Of a stretch of 64,000 bases of DNA, positions 46,410 through 55,671 are shown in pieces. The stretch comes from a virus (taxonomy: Duplodnaviria > Caudoviricetes). The DNA lies in IMG/VR virus record IMGVR_UViG_3300021978_000001, positions 320,001 to 384,000 of that record. One strand, 5' to 3'. The notes under the pieces are model-generated. The model was not told where the DNA came from. It ran no database searches and was given only the letters and a program-made list of their open reading frames with translations. Every line of letters begins with the position of its first letter. The first letter of the stretch is position 1. A program made the translations under genes and the position numbers.

Positions 46410-47179
46410 TTTATAACGACTCTGCTTCTTTCCTGGAATCCTTTCTCGAACGCTCGGCAGATCTCGCGGCGTTGCATGGCTTGAATGGCAGGAGGGCGGG
46501 ACCTAGCTCACGGCGCCAGGGAGCTGTCATGTGGAATCGTGAGGGCACGTGCTACGAGTTCAGGCTGTTGCTCAAAGCGACCAGCGCGACGGAAGGTGTA
46601 GCGTTGCTCGCAGGGTTCTTTGTGTTGCAGAACGACGACGGGGACCCGTTGGGTGCAATCCTCAATTTCACGCACAAGCAACAGATCGAAGAACGTTCCC
46701 TTACCGTGAAAGTGGTGCAAAACGATAGTCTTAATCCCGAGCTGTTTTATCAACAGCTCGGGTACCCTGACGAGTCCTTCTTTCTTCCGGCACTCCTCAA
46801 CCTTTTCGAGTCCATCGAGCCTTGCGCCTTTCGCCATGAAGGGCGTGTGTATCACTGGGAGGGGTTCGCGCCCGATTGGAGTGCTCTGAATCAACATGAA
46901 CCTTTGCTGGTCGAGATGGGCGGGGTGCGCCTCGACGAGGATGCCCTGGATCTCGGGCTCTTTCAGGAGAGCTTGTTTCGGGTGTACCACTTCGAGTATG
47001 AGGACCATGCGTTCTACTTCGCGCCGTGCGTGCGAAAGGAGATCGCGCCGATCTTTTTGAACATCGAGACCTTCCCGAGCATGCTCAGTCCTCGTGACCT
47101 CTTGCGTCGCTACCGTAAAGCGGTGGACACCTACGAGCTGCTTTCGCGCACGATCAACACCCAGGGATCTGCTTCATGA
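46406..47179 (+). CDS. Family A paralogue; close to 47176-47931
   Basis: VYHWEGF..DWSALNQHEPLL.EMGG.RLDED; YRKAVDTYELLSRTI. Confidence 0.8.
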   Translation: MIYNDSASFLESFLERSADLAALHGLNGRRAGPSSRRQGAVMWNREGTCYEFRLLLKATSATEGVALLAGFFVLQNDDGDPLGAILNFTHKQQIEERSLTVKVVQNDSLNPELFYQQLGYPDESFFLPALLNLFESIEPCAFRHEGRVYHWEGFAPDWSALNQHEPLLVEMGGVRLDEDALDLGLFQESLFRVYHFEYEDHAFYFAPCVRKEIAPIFLNIETFPSMLSPRDLLRRYRKAVDTYELLSRTINTQGSAS

Positions 47180-47931
47180 TTTATGAAACCAAAGCAGACA
47201 TGCTTCGAGCCCTGCAAGAGCGTCTCGAAGATGCCTTGCCTCCTGGGCTCGATGTGCGCGGTTGGGAAGCCTCCATAAGCGTGACGGGTACCTGGAGCGC
47301 GTACAGGTTTTACCTGCGCGAATATCCCTTGAGCGCGACACAGGGACTCGCGCTCCTCTCAGGTACACTGGAGCATAATGAGCCCGGGGGTGGTTACATG
47401 GCAGACCACGCGCGGATAAGCCCTATTACTCACGAACAACAGTTGCTTGAGCGTCGTGTACAGGTGGACCCTGGGGGTCGTTACGGGTACAGTGGTGATC
47501 TCTACCATGAGCTGGGGTACGGGAGTGAGCGTGACCCCTCCCGCGCCGTGCCATTGATCATGCAAGCGTGGCGTGATCCTGTGGCTTACCGCGAAGGAGA
47601 GCGCGTGTTCTATTGGGCTGGCACCAATCCCTCCTGGGATGCTCTCGATCAGCATGAGCCTTTCCTGCGCGAGATGGGGGGCGAGCGCCTCGACGAGGAT
47701 GTGTGTGATCTGGGGGCTTTCTTCGAGTATGCGTTCAGGGTGTACCGCTTCACCACGCAAGCCTACGACTTCTGTTTCGTGTTGTGCGTGCTCCCTGTCG
47801 TGCGCCCCATGTTTCGTCTCGTCGAGGAAGGGCTCTGGCTTGAGCCTCGTGAGCAGCTCCAACGCTCGCGTCGCGCTGTGGAGCTTTACGAAACACTCAC
47901 CCGGACGATTTACCCAGGAGAGATGCCATGA
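47176..47931 (+). CDS. Family A paralogue
   Basis: WDALDQHEPFLREMGGERLDED; SRRAVELYETLTRTI. Confidence 0.8.
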   Translation: MIYETKADMLRALQERLEDALPPGLDVRGWEASISVTGTWSAYRFYLREYPLSATQGLALLSGTLEHNEPGGGYMADHARISPITHEQQLLERRVQVDPGGRYGYSGDLYHELGYGSERDPSRAVPLIMQAWRDPVAYREGERVFYWAGTNPSWDALDQHEPFLREMGGERLDEDVCDLGAFFEYAFRVYRFTTQAYDFCFVLCVLPVVRPMFRLVEEGLWLEPREQLQRSRRAVELYETLTRTIYPGEMP

Positions 47932-48728
47932 CCCGTCAACCGAGGACCCCTGAAGAACGTCGCCTCGGAGAGGATCGTCTCTGGTTCTCGAACCATGGCG
48001 AGCTTCGCGTGTGGTTGGAAGAGGAGCTATGGTCCCTTGTCGAGGCGGAGATCTTACCCCTGGAAAAGGCACCGCAACGCACCGAGCATGATGTGACGTG
48101 GGGCGCGCGCCAGGAGTTTTTCCTGACCATGGGAGGAGGAGGCTTTCGATTCTATGAACATGCGTATCAAGCTCATTTCTACATGGAGTGGTGGGAAGAA
48201 CACTGTCCTCGCAGCGCAAGCCTTTACAGAAAACGTGACGCGACAAACCTCCTCGAAGAGCTTGGTCAGGCGCGTCAACAAGAGGATGGTGGGCGTGATC
48301 AGGTGACGCTCACGGACTGGTTCATGCTCGAAGATCCTGATTACTTGACGCACCTTCACGCCGTGTTCGACCACTTCGCCTACAAGCCTGTGGGCATCCG
48401 GGGAGGCACGGGGAAGCAGCTCGTCATTTGCAATGGCTTCGACCCCTTCGACATGAGCGCACACTTCACAGATCTTGAAGACAAACTCGGGTGGAGGGTC
48501 GTGCCCTCTTCGGATGATGACCTTTCCATCGTGCACTTCGAGCATGGCAAGGTGTTGATCCCTCATGATGCCCGGCTCACGCCTCTCATGCACTTCAATA
48601 CCACGGAACACTGCTACGACCCGCAAGAGATCCAAAAGGTACTTGACGGGCAGCGTAAAATGCTGCAACAATTCAGGCTGTACTTGAGGATGTATCGCGA
48701 CAGGCAGAACGTCAGAAAGAGTGTGTGA
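47928..48728 (+). CDS. Family A paralogue; close to 48728-49450
   Basis: ICNGF.P.D...F..LE..LGW; QRKMLQQFRLYLRM. Confidence 0.8.
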   Translation: MTRQPRTPEERRLGEDRLWFSNHGELRVWLEEELWSLVEAEILPLEKAPQRTEHDVTWGARQEFFLTMGGGGFRFYEHAYQAHFYMEWWEEHCPRSASLYRKRDATNLLEELGQARQQEDGGRDQVTLTDWFMLEDPDYLTHLHAVFDHFAYKPVGIRGGTGKQLVICNGFDPFDMSAHFTDLEDKLGWRVVPSSDDDLSIVHFEHGKVLIPHDARLTPLMHFNTTEHCYDPQEIQKVLDGQRKMLQQFRLYLRMYRDRQNVRKSV

Positions 48729-49450
48729 TGGAACGTCAATGGTTTGACACCAGGGAAGATCTGGTCGAGTGGATGGTCGCGCAACTGCGCGCGTTGGAAG
48801 ACCAGGGCGCCTTTTTGGACGTGCGCGTCGAGTATGAGGCGAAGCGCTCTTATGCCATAAAGTTGAATCGGTACTGGGATTTGTACATCACCTCACCATG
48901 GTTCGCGGGAGATTCACACATTCAGGGTATTTCGGTGTTCCTGGAGTGGAGCCATGCGGACCATTACGAAAGTCTGGGCACGCTCGAAGAGATCGAACGA
49001 CGCCTCGCGAATGACGTGTCCGCCTCCCTGCGCTACGAAGATGTTGCGGTGATCGCGCGTCACTTCAAGGATGTGCGATGTGGCGTGCGTGAGTATGAGC
49101 ACGAAGGGTTAAAGCATGTCGCGATCTGGAACGGCTTCTCGCCTTCGGATCGCGCACAGGATTTCGCGCTGCTCGAAGAGCTTTGGGGGTGGAAGTGCCG
49201 CCCCAGTGGGTATTGGTACAAGCGCGCCGATGTAGAGGGGTTAAGCCTGGATGTCCCTCGTGATGCCTTGCTTCCCTTGCGACTTACTTTGAGCGGTGGT
49301 CTTTCTTTCACGGACCCTGACGCGTTCGAGGCGCATCTCGGGAAACAGAGACGCGTTCTGGCGCAGTGGCGCACCTACAGGCGTATGGTGAATAGAAGGC
49401 AGGACACAGAAGCAGGAGAAGCAGATGTTGGAAGCAGTGTGGAACTTTGA
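48728..49450 (+). CDS. Family A paralogue
   Basis: IWNGFSPSD; QRRVLAQWRTYRRM. Confidence 0.8.
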   Translation: MERQWFDTREDLVEWMVAQLRALEDQGAFLDVRVEYEAKRSYAIKLNRYWDLYITSPWFAGDSHIQGISVFLEWSHADHYESLGTLEEIERRLANDVSASLRYEDVAVIARHFKDVRCGVREYEHEGLKHVAIWNGFSPSDRAQDFALLEELWGWKCRPSGYWYKRADVEGLSLDVPRDALLPLRLTLSGGLSFTDPDAFEAHLGKQRRVLAQWRTYRRMVNRRQDTEAGEADVGSSVEL

Positions 49451-49805
49451 ATTTACCTGGACAGACGGGATGCAGGTCGGGCTCGTGGACTTCCGACGGT
49501 CTCGCAAGCGACGAGTGCTCACCCTCTGGAACGAAGCTCGAACACAGAAGGTCGAGTCTGTCCTGGAGATCGAGACCAACGAAAGAGGTGAGTTCTCCTG
49601 GAAACTCAAGGAGATCAGTTGGACCAAGGATACTTGGGGGTGGGGACGCACGTTGCCTCGTGTACAGACCTACGAGCAGGCGCCCGACCTCTACCGGATG
49701 ATCGTGAGCGCGCTCGACCACTTCGATGACGTCGAGATCTGCTCGCAGATTCGCTTCGGGGATAGCTTACCAGCTCCGAAGCTCCAACCCACCGTGTTCA
49801 AGTAA
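49425..49805 (+). CDS. Hypothetical beta-rich protein
   Basis: AGGAG RBS. Confidence 0.65.
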   Translation: MLEAVWNFEFTWTDGMQVGLVDFRRSRKRRVLTLWNEARTQKVESVLEIETNERGEFSWKLKEISWTKDTWGWGRTLPRVQTYEQAPDLYRMIVSALDHFDDVEICSQIRFGDSLPAPKLQPTVFK

Positions 49806-49809
49806 GCCC

Positions 49810-50379
49810 ATGTTGATCAACAGCTTCATGCAAGACATCGGATACGCGCGCGTGATCTTCGATAACGTCGAGTGGTATTATGCGCGACACCACGGCAAGC
49901 TCGGGTTCACGCGCCATTATCCCGCGTGCAAAGAGCGCTTTCTACCTGGCATACAGGAACTCTTGCCCTCTCCTGCTCGGATGCATCACTACATGCCAGG
50001 GGAAAACGTCGAGGGGCTTAGTGTCTATGCAAGTTGGTATCCGAATGATGGTGCTCACGTTGCCCGGTCCAGCGCGGTGAAGGTGTCCGATATGCGCGCG
50101 TACCTCACGCGTATCGAATGTCAGGTAGGCTTTGGTAGTGCGCATGTGCACCCCTGTTTCCAGTGGACGACGATCAAGTTTGATGTCCCTGGTGATCTCG
50201 AAGGGTTGGGTGAGAGGCAAGAAGTCCTGTACCAACAGGCGCTCGTGTGGTATGCTTTGGGGGTCCAGGGCGGGCTCTTGTTGCAGGATTTGGATGAGGA
50301 GCAACGCGAGATCGCCATCGAAATGTGCCGGTATGTGTACCACAACCATGGCTTCGATCAGGGTGCCCCTTCATGTTAA
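49810..50379 (+). CDS. Group B tagged protein (MLINSF)
   Basis: ATG 4 nt after the previous stop. Confidence 0.75.
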   Translation: MLINSFMQDIGYARVIFDNVEWYYARHHGKLGFTRHYPACKERFLPGIQELLPSPARMHHYMPGENVEGLSVYASWYPNDGAHVARSSAVKVSDMRAYLTRIECQVGFGSAHVHPCFQWTTIKFDVPGDLEGLGERQEVLYQQALVWYALGVQGGLLLQDLDEEQREIAIEMCRYVYHNHGFDQGAPSC

Positions 50380-50759
50380 TCAATGGCTTCATCACGCCGC
50401 TTCTGGTGCAGAACGTCAACAACTACCTGTGGTACATCGAGGATATACGGTTGCCTGTGTGTCTGGCTGTACAGGTAGCTGGTGATGCCCTCTTTGTGCC
50501 GCATGAGGATAGCGCGCTGCCGGGCTCACGTGTCATGCATCGCACCCTGTCATGCGTTTACCCGGAGGAGGGTGCGCGCGTCGCGTGGGTGTCCGAGATC
50601 TACACCCAGGACTATACACTCTATGCGCCTTTTGCGATTCGCGAGAGCCTGGTTCAGGGGATCGAGAAGGTAGAGGCAGAAGAGACGCGAGTGTGGTTGA
50701 GAGAGACCTTGCATTGGACGCAGCGCTGTGGCTTGTCAGGAGGTTCGACATGTTATTGA
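50373..50759 (+). CDS. Group B tagged protein (MLINGF)
   Basis: Overlapping start. Confidence 0.7.
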   Translation: MLINGFITPLLVQNVNNYLWYIEDIRLPVCLAVQVAGDALFVPHEDSALPGSRVMHRTLSCVYPEEGARVAWVSEIYTQDYTLYAPFAIRESLVQGIEKVEAEETRVWLRETLHWTQRCGLSGGSTCY

Positions 50760-51523
50760 ATGTCTTTTACAAGACCCTGTACAACACCGCCTGGGATGGG
50801 ATGCTCGACGGCTGGCGTGTGCTCTTGATCGAAATCGAAGACTACTTCCTGTCTTTCATGCAGCGTCCCTGTGTCGAGGGTGAGATGGGCTACAGGGACC
50901 TCACGGTGATGCGTAGCCTCGGGGTATCCATCTTCACCAAGAGCACAGGAAGCCTCGTGCACTTGAGTCTACGGGGGCGCTTTATCGAACCTTGCCCGGG
51001 CTTTATGGAGGTACGCCTTCCTACGATGTATCGTGAGCGCGCCAAGGGCGCGTGGCCCAGCTTTATCGAAGAAAGAGAAGCCTCTATCCTCGACATCTTC
51101 TTTACCCCTGATGATCCTTACGCCTTCACCGTGCGTATCGTGGACCCCCCGAGCATCTTCCCTATCCCTGCCGGGATACCAGACGCCACCAAGCCGTGGA
51201 AGACCACGACGCGTGGTCATTACAAGGGAAGAATAGGAGGTCAAAACATCGAGCTGGTGTGGGTCGAGAGCGATCGACATTGGGAGCTTCGCTCCGTCAA
51301 ATATTCCGGGGCGTTCCAGGCGCAAGCCATGGCCTGGGAGGGGCTGCGAGAACCGACAACCCGGGCCATGTATCTCACCCTCTGTATGGCTTATGTCTCT
51401 CTTCCCAATCAATCCCAGGGGATGAAGGAGACGCGACGCGATGCTCTGGCGATGTTCAAGAGAGACTTCGAGGATTTCCAGACTGCGTTCAAGTTACTTG
51501 ACAAGCGCGAAGGGAGAACGTGA
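50750..51523 (+). CDS. Group B tagged protein (MLLNVF)
   Basis: AGGAGG RBS. Confidence 0.8.
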   Translation: MLLNVFYKTLYNTAWDGMLDGWRVLLIEIEDYFLSFMQRPCVEGEMGYRDLTVMRSLGVSIFTKSTGSLVHLSLRGRFIEPCPGFMEVRLPTMYRERAKGAWPSFIEEREASILDIFFTPDDPYAFTVRIVDPPSIFPIPAGIPDATKPWKTTTRGHYKGRIGGQNIELVWVESDRHWELRSVKYSGAFQAQAMAWEGLREPTTRAMYLTLCMAYVSLPNQSQGMKETRRDALAMFKRDFEDFQTAFKLLDKREGRT

Positions 51524-51524
51524 C

Positions 51525-52367
51525 ATGTTGTATAATGCATTTACCACCATGGGGGAGGTTCAGGTGCTCCGGCTTCATGCGGGAGGCTTCGCGTACAGGG
51601 GACGTTTTTACGAGGTCCAGGCTACGCGTACACCAGAGGACCCCATGCTCCTGCGCGTTCGCGTGAGCAAGGTGCTCTCTCCAGGGAATGCTAAGAGGTT
51701 GGATGCCCGCGAGAAGACACAGCGCTTGCTTCAACTCAAGCGCGCGCAGGACACCACGCGATTGGCACGAAGAGTCCACCACGCACGCGAAAAGGCGCTG
51801 CAAGGCACCCTGGATGCCAGGACCGTGCGTGGTAACACAGAGCGGCATATGTTCACCTTCTACCTTCGTTTACCTGGTTGGCTCGCGCAAACTGAATCGG
51901 AGTACCAACGGTGCTATGAGGTCGTCTGGAAGTGGATGATCCGTGGTATGCTCCGGCATCTCCCGAAGCACAAGGCGTACCTCGAAGGGTTGCTGCATGC
52001 GCAGCTCGCGTTCAAAGGCTCGTGGCGTCAACCCTGGGTAAACGCGAGAGCGTTTGCACCAAACCTTGCGGGTTCTACACGGGATCATCTGATCCTGACC
52101 ATCCCCGGCTCTGAACTTCCTGATGTCGTCCCCATGCGTCAACCCATGGGCGCTCTGTTCGCATCTTCGGTGGATATTCGCGGTGCACAAGTACCAGATG
52201 ACCTTTCGCAAGAGGAACTCGCGGTGATGCGTAGTTCGCTGGCTGAGTTTGGTCCTTCCATCCTGAACTCTTTCGTGAGCGTTTACCGCCAGGGGCAGCT
52301 AGTCGAGCACGTCTGGAGACTTGAGGGTGACGAGCAGGTTCAAGAACACGATCCAGAGGAGGAGTGA
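51525..52367 (+). CDS. Group B tagged protein (MLYNAF)
   Basis: GGGAG RBS. Confidence 0.8.
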   Translation: MLYNAFTTMGEVQVLRLHAGGFAYRGRFYEVQATRTPEDPMLLRVRVSKVLSPGNAKRLDAREKTQRLLQLKRAQDTTRLARRVHHAREKALQGTLDARTVRGNTERHMFTFYLRLPGWLAQTESEYQRCYEVVWKWMIRGMLRHLPKHKAYLEGLLHAQLAFKGSWRQPWVNARAFAPNLAGSTRDHLILTIPGSELPDVVPMRQPMGALFASSVDIRGAQVPDDLSQEELAVMRSSLAEFGPSILNSFVSVYRQGQLVEHVWRLEGDEQVQEHDPEEE

Positions 52368-52368
52368 G

Positions 52369-52866
52369 ATGCTCATTAATCTCATGACACCTCTGGGCAT
52401 TCGAGAAGCCCCGGTGCACGTACACCAGGATAGGCGTGACTACAGGTTTGTGGTCGAGCGGGGTGCGCCTGAAACTCCGCAGCTTTTCCTGGTCACATTC
52501 TCTGTCGAGTATGTTCGGGGAGCGATTGGAGCGTCCTGGTTGGGTTTCGCGAACATTCGCTTGCTCGCACCTCACGTGGATAGAGCACTGGCGCAAAAGT
52601 GGTTGGAGCGAGTCGAGGTGTTACTTGAGATAGGGGAGAGCATCGACATCGGGGGTAGACCCCTGCACTCACGTCATCACTGGAAACAAGCCCTGTTGCG
52701 TCACCTTCGCGATCAGTTCCTCGGTGAGGTCGATTACATGCCACCAGAGAGGGCCTCTCTGGCGCGCATGGTCGAAGTGCTCTTGTGGCATTACAAGACC
52801 ATGGGAGAATTGCCGCTCCCCTTGCCTCCCTCCAAAAAACCCTCCAGTCCATGGTGTCGCTCATGA
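52369..52866 (+). CDS. Group B tagged protein (MLINLM)
   Basis: GAGGAG RBS. Confidence 0.75.
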   Translation: MLINLMTPLGIREAPVHVHQDRRDYRFVVERGAPETPQLFLVTFSVEYVRGAIGASWLGFANIRLLAPHVDRALAQKWLERVEVLLEIGESIDIGGRPLHSRHHWKQALLRHLRDQFLGEVDYMPPERASLARMVEVLLWHYKTMGELPLPLPPSKKPSSPWCRS

Positions 52867-53504
52867 TTACACGCAGTCACAGCTTCAAGCAGATGATGTT
52901 CCTGGAGGGGCTACTTACCGAACTACGAACGGGGAAGCTCGTGTTTGAATCGAGCGATGGTGCGGTGTCTCTGATCTATACAAGATCTATTCGACCAAAC
53001 TATCATCTCCAGGTCGTGCTCGACCTCCAGCTCCTCACGCCGGTCTCGATCGTCTATCGTGAGATCCCTGAAGAGACGTGGTGTTCGACGTTTGCGGTGA
53101 GGTTTCAGTATCACCCAGAAGATAGCCCTCATACCGAGAGCTTTGTCTTCAAGCGTCTGGAGCATGAAGCACCATCGGCGTACATGAACCTGGCAGTGTA
53201 CGCGGAAAAGGTCTTGCGTGAGCATGCAAGAGCGCTCGAACGCGAGGAGAGTGACGCGCAGCATGACTTCGGAGAGTGGACGCCCTTCTACCTCGCTTGT
53301 GCGATGGCTGAACGCGTGCCCTCAACGCCTCTCAAGGTGCAGGAGATGGCTTATGCCGCATGGCGACAGCATAACAGTCTCGTGGACTCCTTCCGAACCT
53401 TGATGAACCTGGAGGTCGCGACGAAGCATTGTTACTGGGGACATTGGGGGTTGGGGACTCTGTACTTTGTAGAAGAGGAGGAGAGTGATGCCCCTGTTGA
53501 ATGA
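52863..53504 (+). CDS. Hypothetical protein
   Basis: ATGA overlap. Confidence 0.7.
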   Translation: MITRSHSFKQMMFLEGLLTELRTGKLVFESSDGAVSLIYTRSIRPNYHLQVVLDLQLLTPVSIVYREIPEETWCSTFAVRFQYHPEDSPHTESFVFKRLEHEAPSAYMNLAVYAEKVLREHARALEREESDAQHDFGEWTPFYLACAMAERVPSTPLKVQEMAYAAWRQHNSLVDSFRTLMNLEVATKHCYWGHWGLGTLYFVEEEESDAPVE

Positions 53505-54126
53505 CTTCATGAAACCACGTCTCGACGCGGAGCGGGATGAACATCTCAAGGCGCTTACAAGTGTGTGTTCGGCCCGCGTCAAGAAGCTCGAAAAATACCT
53601 CCTCGCGACGTATCCTGTCGCAGAACGTGTAGACGCTTCGCGCGCCGGACGCTTCATGCTCACGCGCTACACCCCCTTCGAGTGGTGGGCGTGCTTTCTG
53701 GCGGCTCACCACTTACCCTCAATGATGCCCATGCCCCTGGCCGCGCAGCCGATGAATGTGACCATGCCGTACCAGATCATGTCCACAGGGGAGGACCCCT
53801 ACTCCTATCACTGGGTGACCGTGCCGACGCGTCTGGTGTGGCTACTGCGACCCGGGTGGTATTACGTCATCGAGTTGGACATGAGAGGACACAGGCGCGC
53901 GCAGATCTGCAAGGATGCTTTCGATTGGTGGGATGAGGATTGGCGTGACCCGCATCCTTCGGACTGGAAGACGCGAAGGTATGCGCGCGTACCTCAGACG
54001 TTCGTGCGCCCAGGGGAGATCTCTTCCGAGAGTACCCTGGCACTCTTGAGGGCTTATCAAAAGGGGCATCATACCTTGATGAAACGCTTGCTCGGAGACA
54101 CGGTGGAGGTGTTGCTAGGGGTGTGA
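53488..54126 (+). CDS. Group B tagged protein (MPLLNDF)
   Basis: GGAGGAG RBS. Confidence 0.8.
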   Translation: MPLLNDFMKPRLDAERDEHLKALTSVCSARVKKLEKYLLATYPVAERVDASRAGRFMLTRYTPFEWWACFLAAHHLPSMMPMPLAAQPMNVTMPYQIMSTGEDPYSYHWVTVPTRLVWLLRPGWYYVIELDMRGHRRAQICKDAFDWWDEDWRDPHPSDWKTRRYARVPQTFVRPGEISSESTLALLRAYQKGHHTLMKRLLGDTVEVLLGV

Positions 54127-54138
54127 TCCTGTGTTACC

Positions 54139-54864
54139 ATGGATTTGGTAGATGTGTACCATTTTCCCAGGTATGTCATGTTGATCAATTATTGCAAACG
54201 CATCGAACAGGCGACCACCGAGGAGCGCGCGATCCTGGATCGCAGAGACGCGCGCTTCGGGATGGCCCGAGCTGAGATCACAAACGCGCCCATACTCCCG
54301 GCGCTGTTGCCCCCCGAACGAGTACCGCACGAGCGAAGAGATCGGGCGGTTTACTTCTATTGGTGGTTTGTGCCCGAGGACTTCCCGGAAGAGGAATCCC
54401 TCTGGGAGCCTTCAGGATATGCGGAAGCGAACTTCCTGGGCACGGTGGGGCGTCGGGTCGAGTGCCTGGAATATCATGGGACTGTGAGTTGGAAAGCACA
54501 TCTTTTGCACATGCTGCATACGTTGTGCCCGAAGCTCGCTTACGCTCCTTCTCCTCTTGCCATCGACCTGAATATACCCCATGTGTTCGATGCACGCACC
54601 GAGATCATGTTGACCTGGCAAGCAGACGCGAGTAGCACGCATGTGATCTTGACGCGTGAGGGAGGCTCCTGTCAGTGGGAGGTGACTTACATCGACCCAG
54701 ATCACAGACTGGAGACCTTGTTCACGTCGCGGTTGCACCCCTGGAACCTCCAGATCACAGATCAGCCTCGATTCCAGTACAGCACACACTTTAACCGGGC
54801 ACGTCTCGCTTATATGGCCTTCTATGACCGAGGCCCGCGTTCTCTGCAACTTCCCGGAGCTTGA
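54139..54864 (+). CDS. Hypothetical protein; alternative start 54178 gives a group B tag (MLINYC)
   Basis: ORF tiles; start ambiguous. Confidence 0.7.
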   Translation: MDLVDVYHFPRYVMLINYCKRIEQATTEERAILDRRDARFGMARAEITNAPILPALLPPERVPHERRDRAVYFYWWFVPEDFPEEESLWEPSGYAEANFLGTVGRRVECLEYHGTVSWKAHLLHMLHTLCPKLAYAPSPLAIDLNIPHVFDARTEIMLTWQADASSTHVILTREGGSCQWEVTYIDPDHRLETLFTSRLHPWNLQITDQPRFQYSTHFNRARLAYMAFYDRGPRSLQLPGA

Positions 54865-54865
54865 G

Positions 54866-55300
54866 ATGCTTTACAACGCCTTGTGCGCGTGGCGGGACAT
54901 GACCCCACAAGAACGTGAGCAGCTCTCCGCGCATGTTGGAGAGGACACGAAGAACCGTTGGGGGTTGTTTCCCTTGTGCGTGGCTCACTACTGTGACTAC
55001 AGCAGGGATTATAGCACCGTGATGGTGTATGCCTGGGCAGTTTGGGTTGGCCCGACCTTCAACGCGGCGGAGTGCTTGCTGTGTGTCCAGTCGCTTCATA
55101 TCCCCATGAGTCGAGGATATGAAGGGGTGAGATGTTCGCCTTCCTGGTACAAGGAGAAAGCACAAGAGCCTGAACGCATGATCGACACTCTTCGCCGCGA
55201 GTGGAGGGTAAAGCTCAACTATCCAGCGGCTTCGATGTCCAGTGCTTTACGCTTGTGGTCTATTGACTACGATCGTCTAAGAGGCTTCCGAGAGACTTGA
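54866..55300 (+). CDS. Group B tagged protein (MLYNAL)
   Basis: GGAG RBS; ATG 1 nt after the previous stop. Confidence 0.75.
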   Translation: MLYNALCAWRDMTPQEREQLSAHVGEDTKNRWGLFPLCVAHYCDYSRDYSTVMVYAWAVWVGPTFNAAECLLCVQSLHIPMSRGYEGVRCSPSWYKEKAQEPERMIDTLRREWRVKLNYPAASMSSALRLWSIDYDRLRGFRET

Positions 55301-55356
55301 CGTGCCTTGGTTGATTGGGGTAGTCTTTGGTTCGCCCTGAAACGGAGTAGCGCGTG

Positions 55357-55671
55357 ATGTTGTTGAATCCTTTGTGCCATGATAAGTTGCATTTGCCCCT
55401 CGAACGATGGTGTACAGAAGGCTGTGTCTTCACCTGTGAACACGAATGGAAGTTGTACTACAAGCACAAGAAGCCACACCACTTGATGCGCGAGTCCTGG
55501 GTACGTTGGTATATCTATCGAGCAGACGGCACGCTTGTTACAAAGGGGCGTCTGCTGGTGCAACCTGCGCATCGTGTGCAGAGCGGGTATGACATGCAAG
55601 GCACCTATTACAGTGCCTCAGAAGAATCAAGCATTTCGAGCCATCCCAGCGTTCGTGGAGGTGGGGCATGA
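55357..55671 (+). CDS. Group B tagged protein (MLLNPL)
   Basis: GGAG RBS. Confidence 0.7.
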   Translation: MLLNPLCHDKLHLPLERWCTEGCVFTCEHEWKLYYKHKKPHHLMRESWVRWYIYRADGTLVTKGRLLVQPAHRVQSGYDMQGTYYSASEESSISSHPSVRGGGA

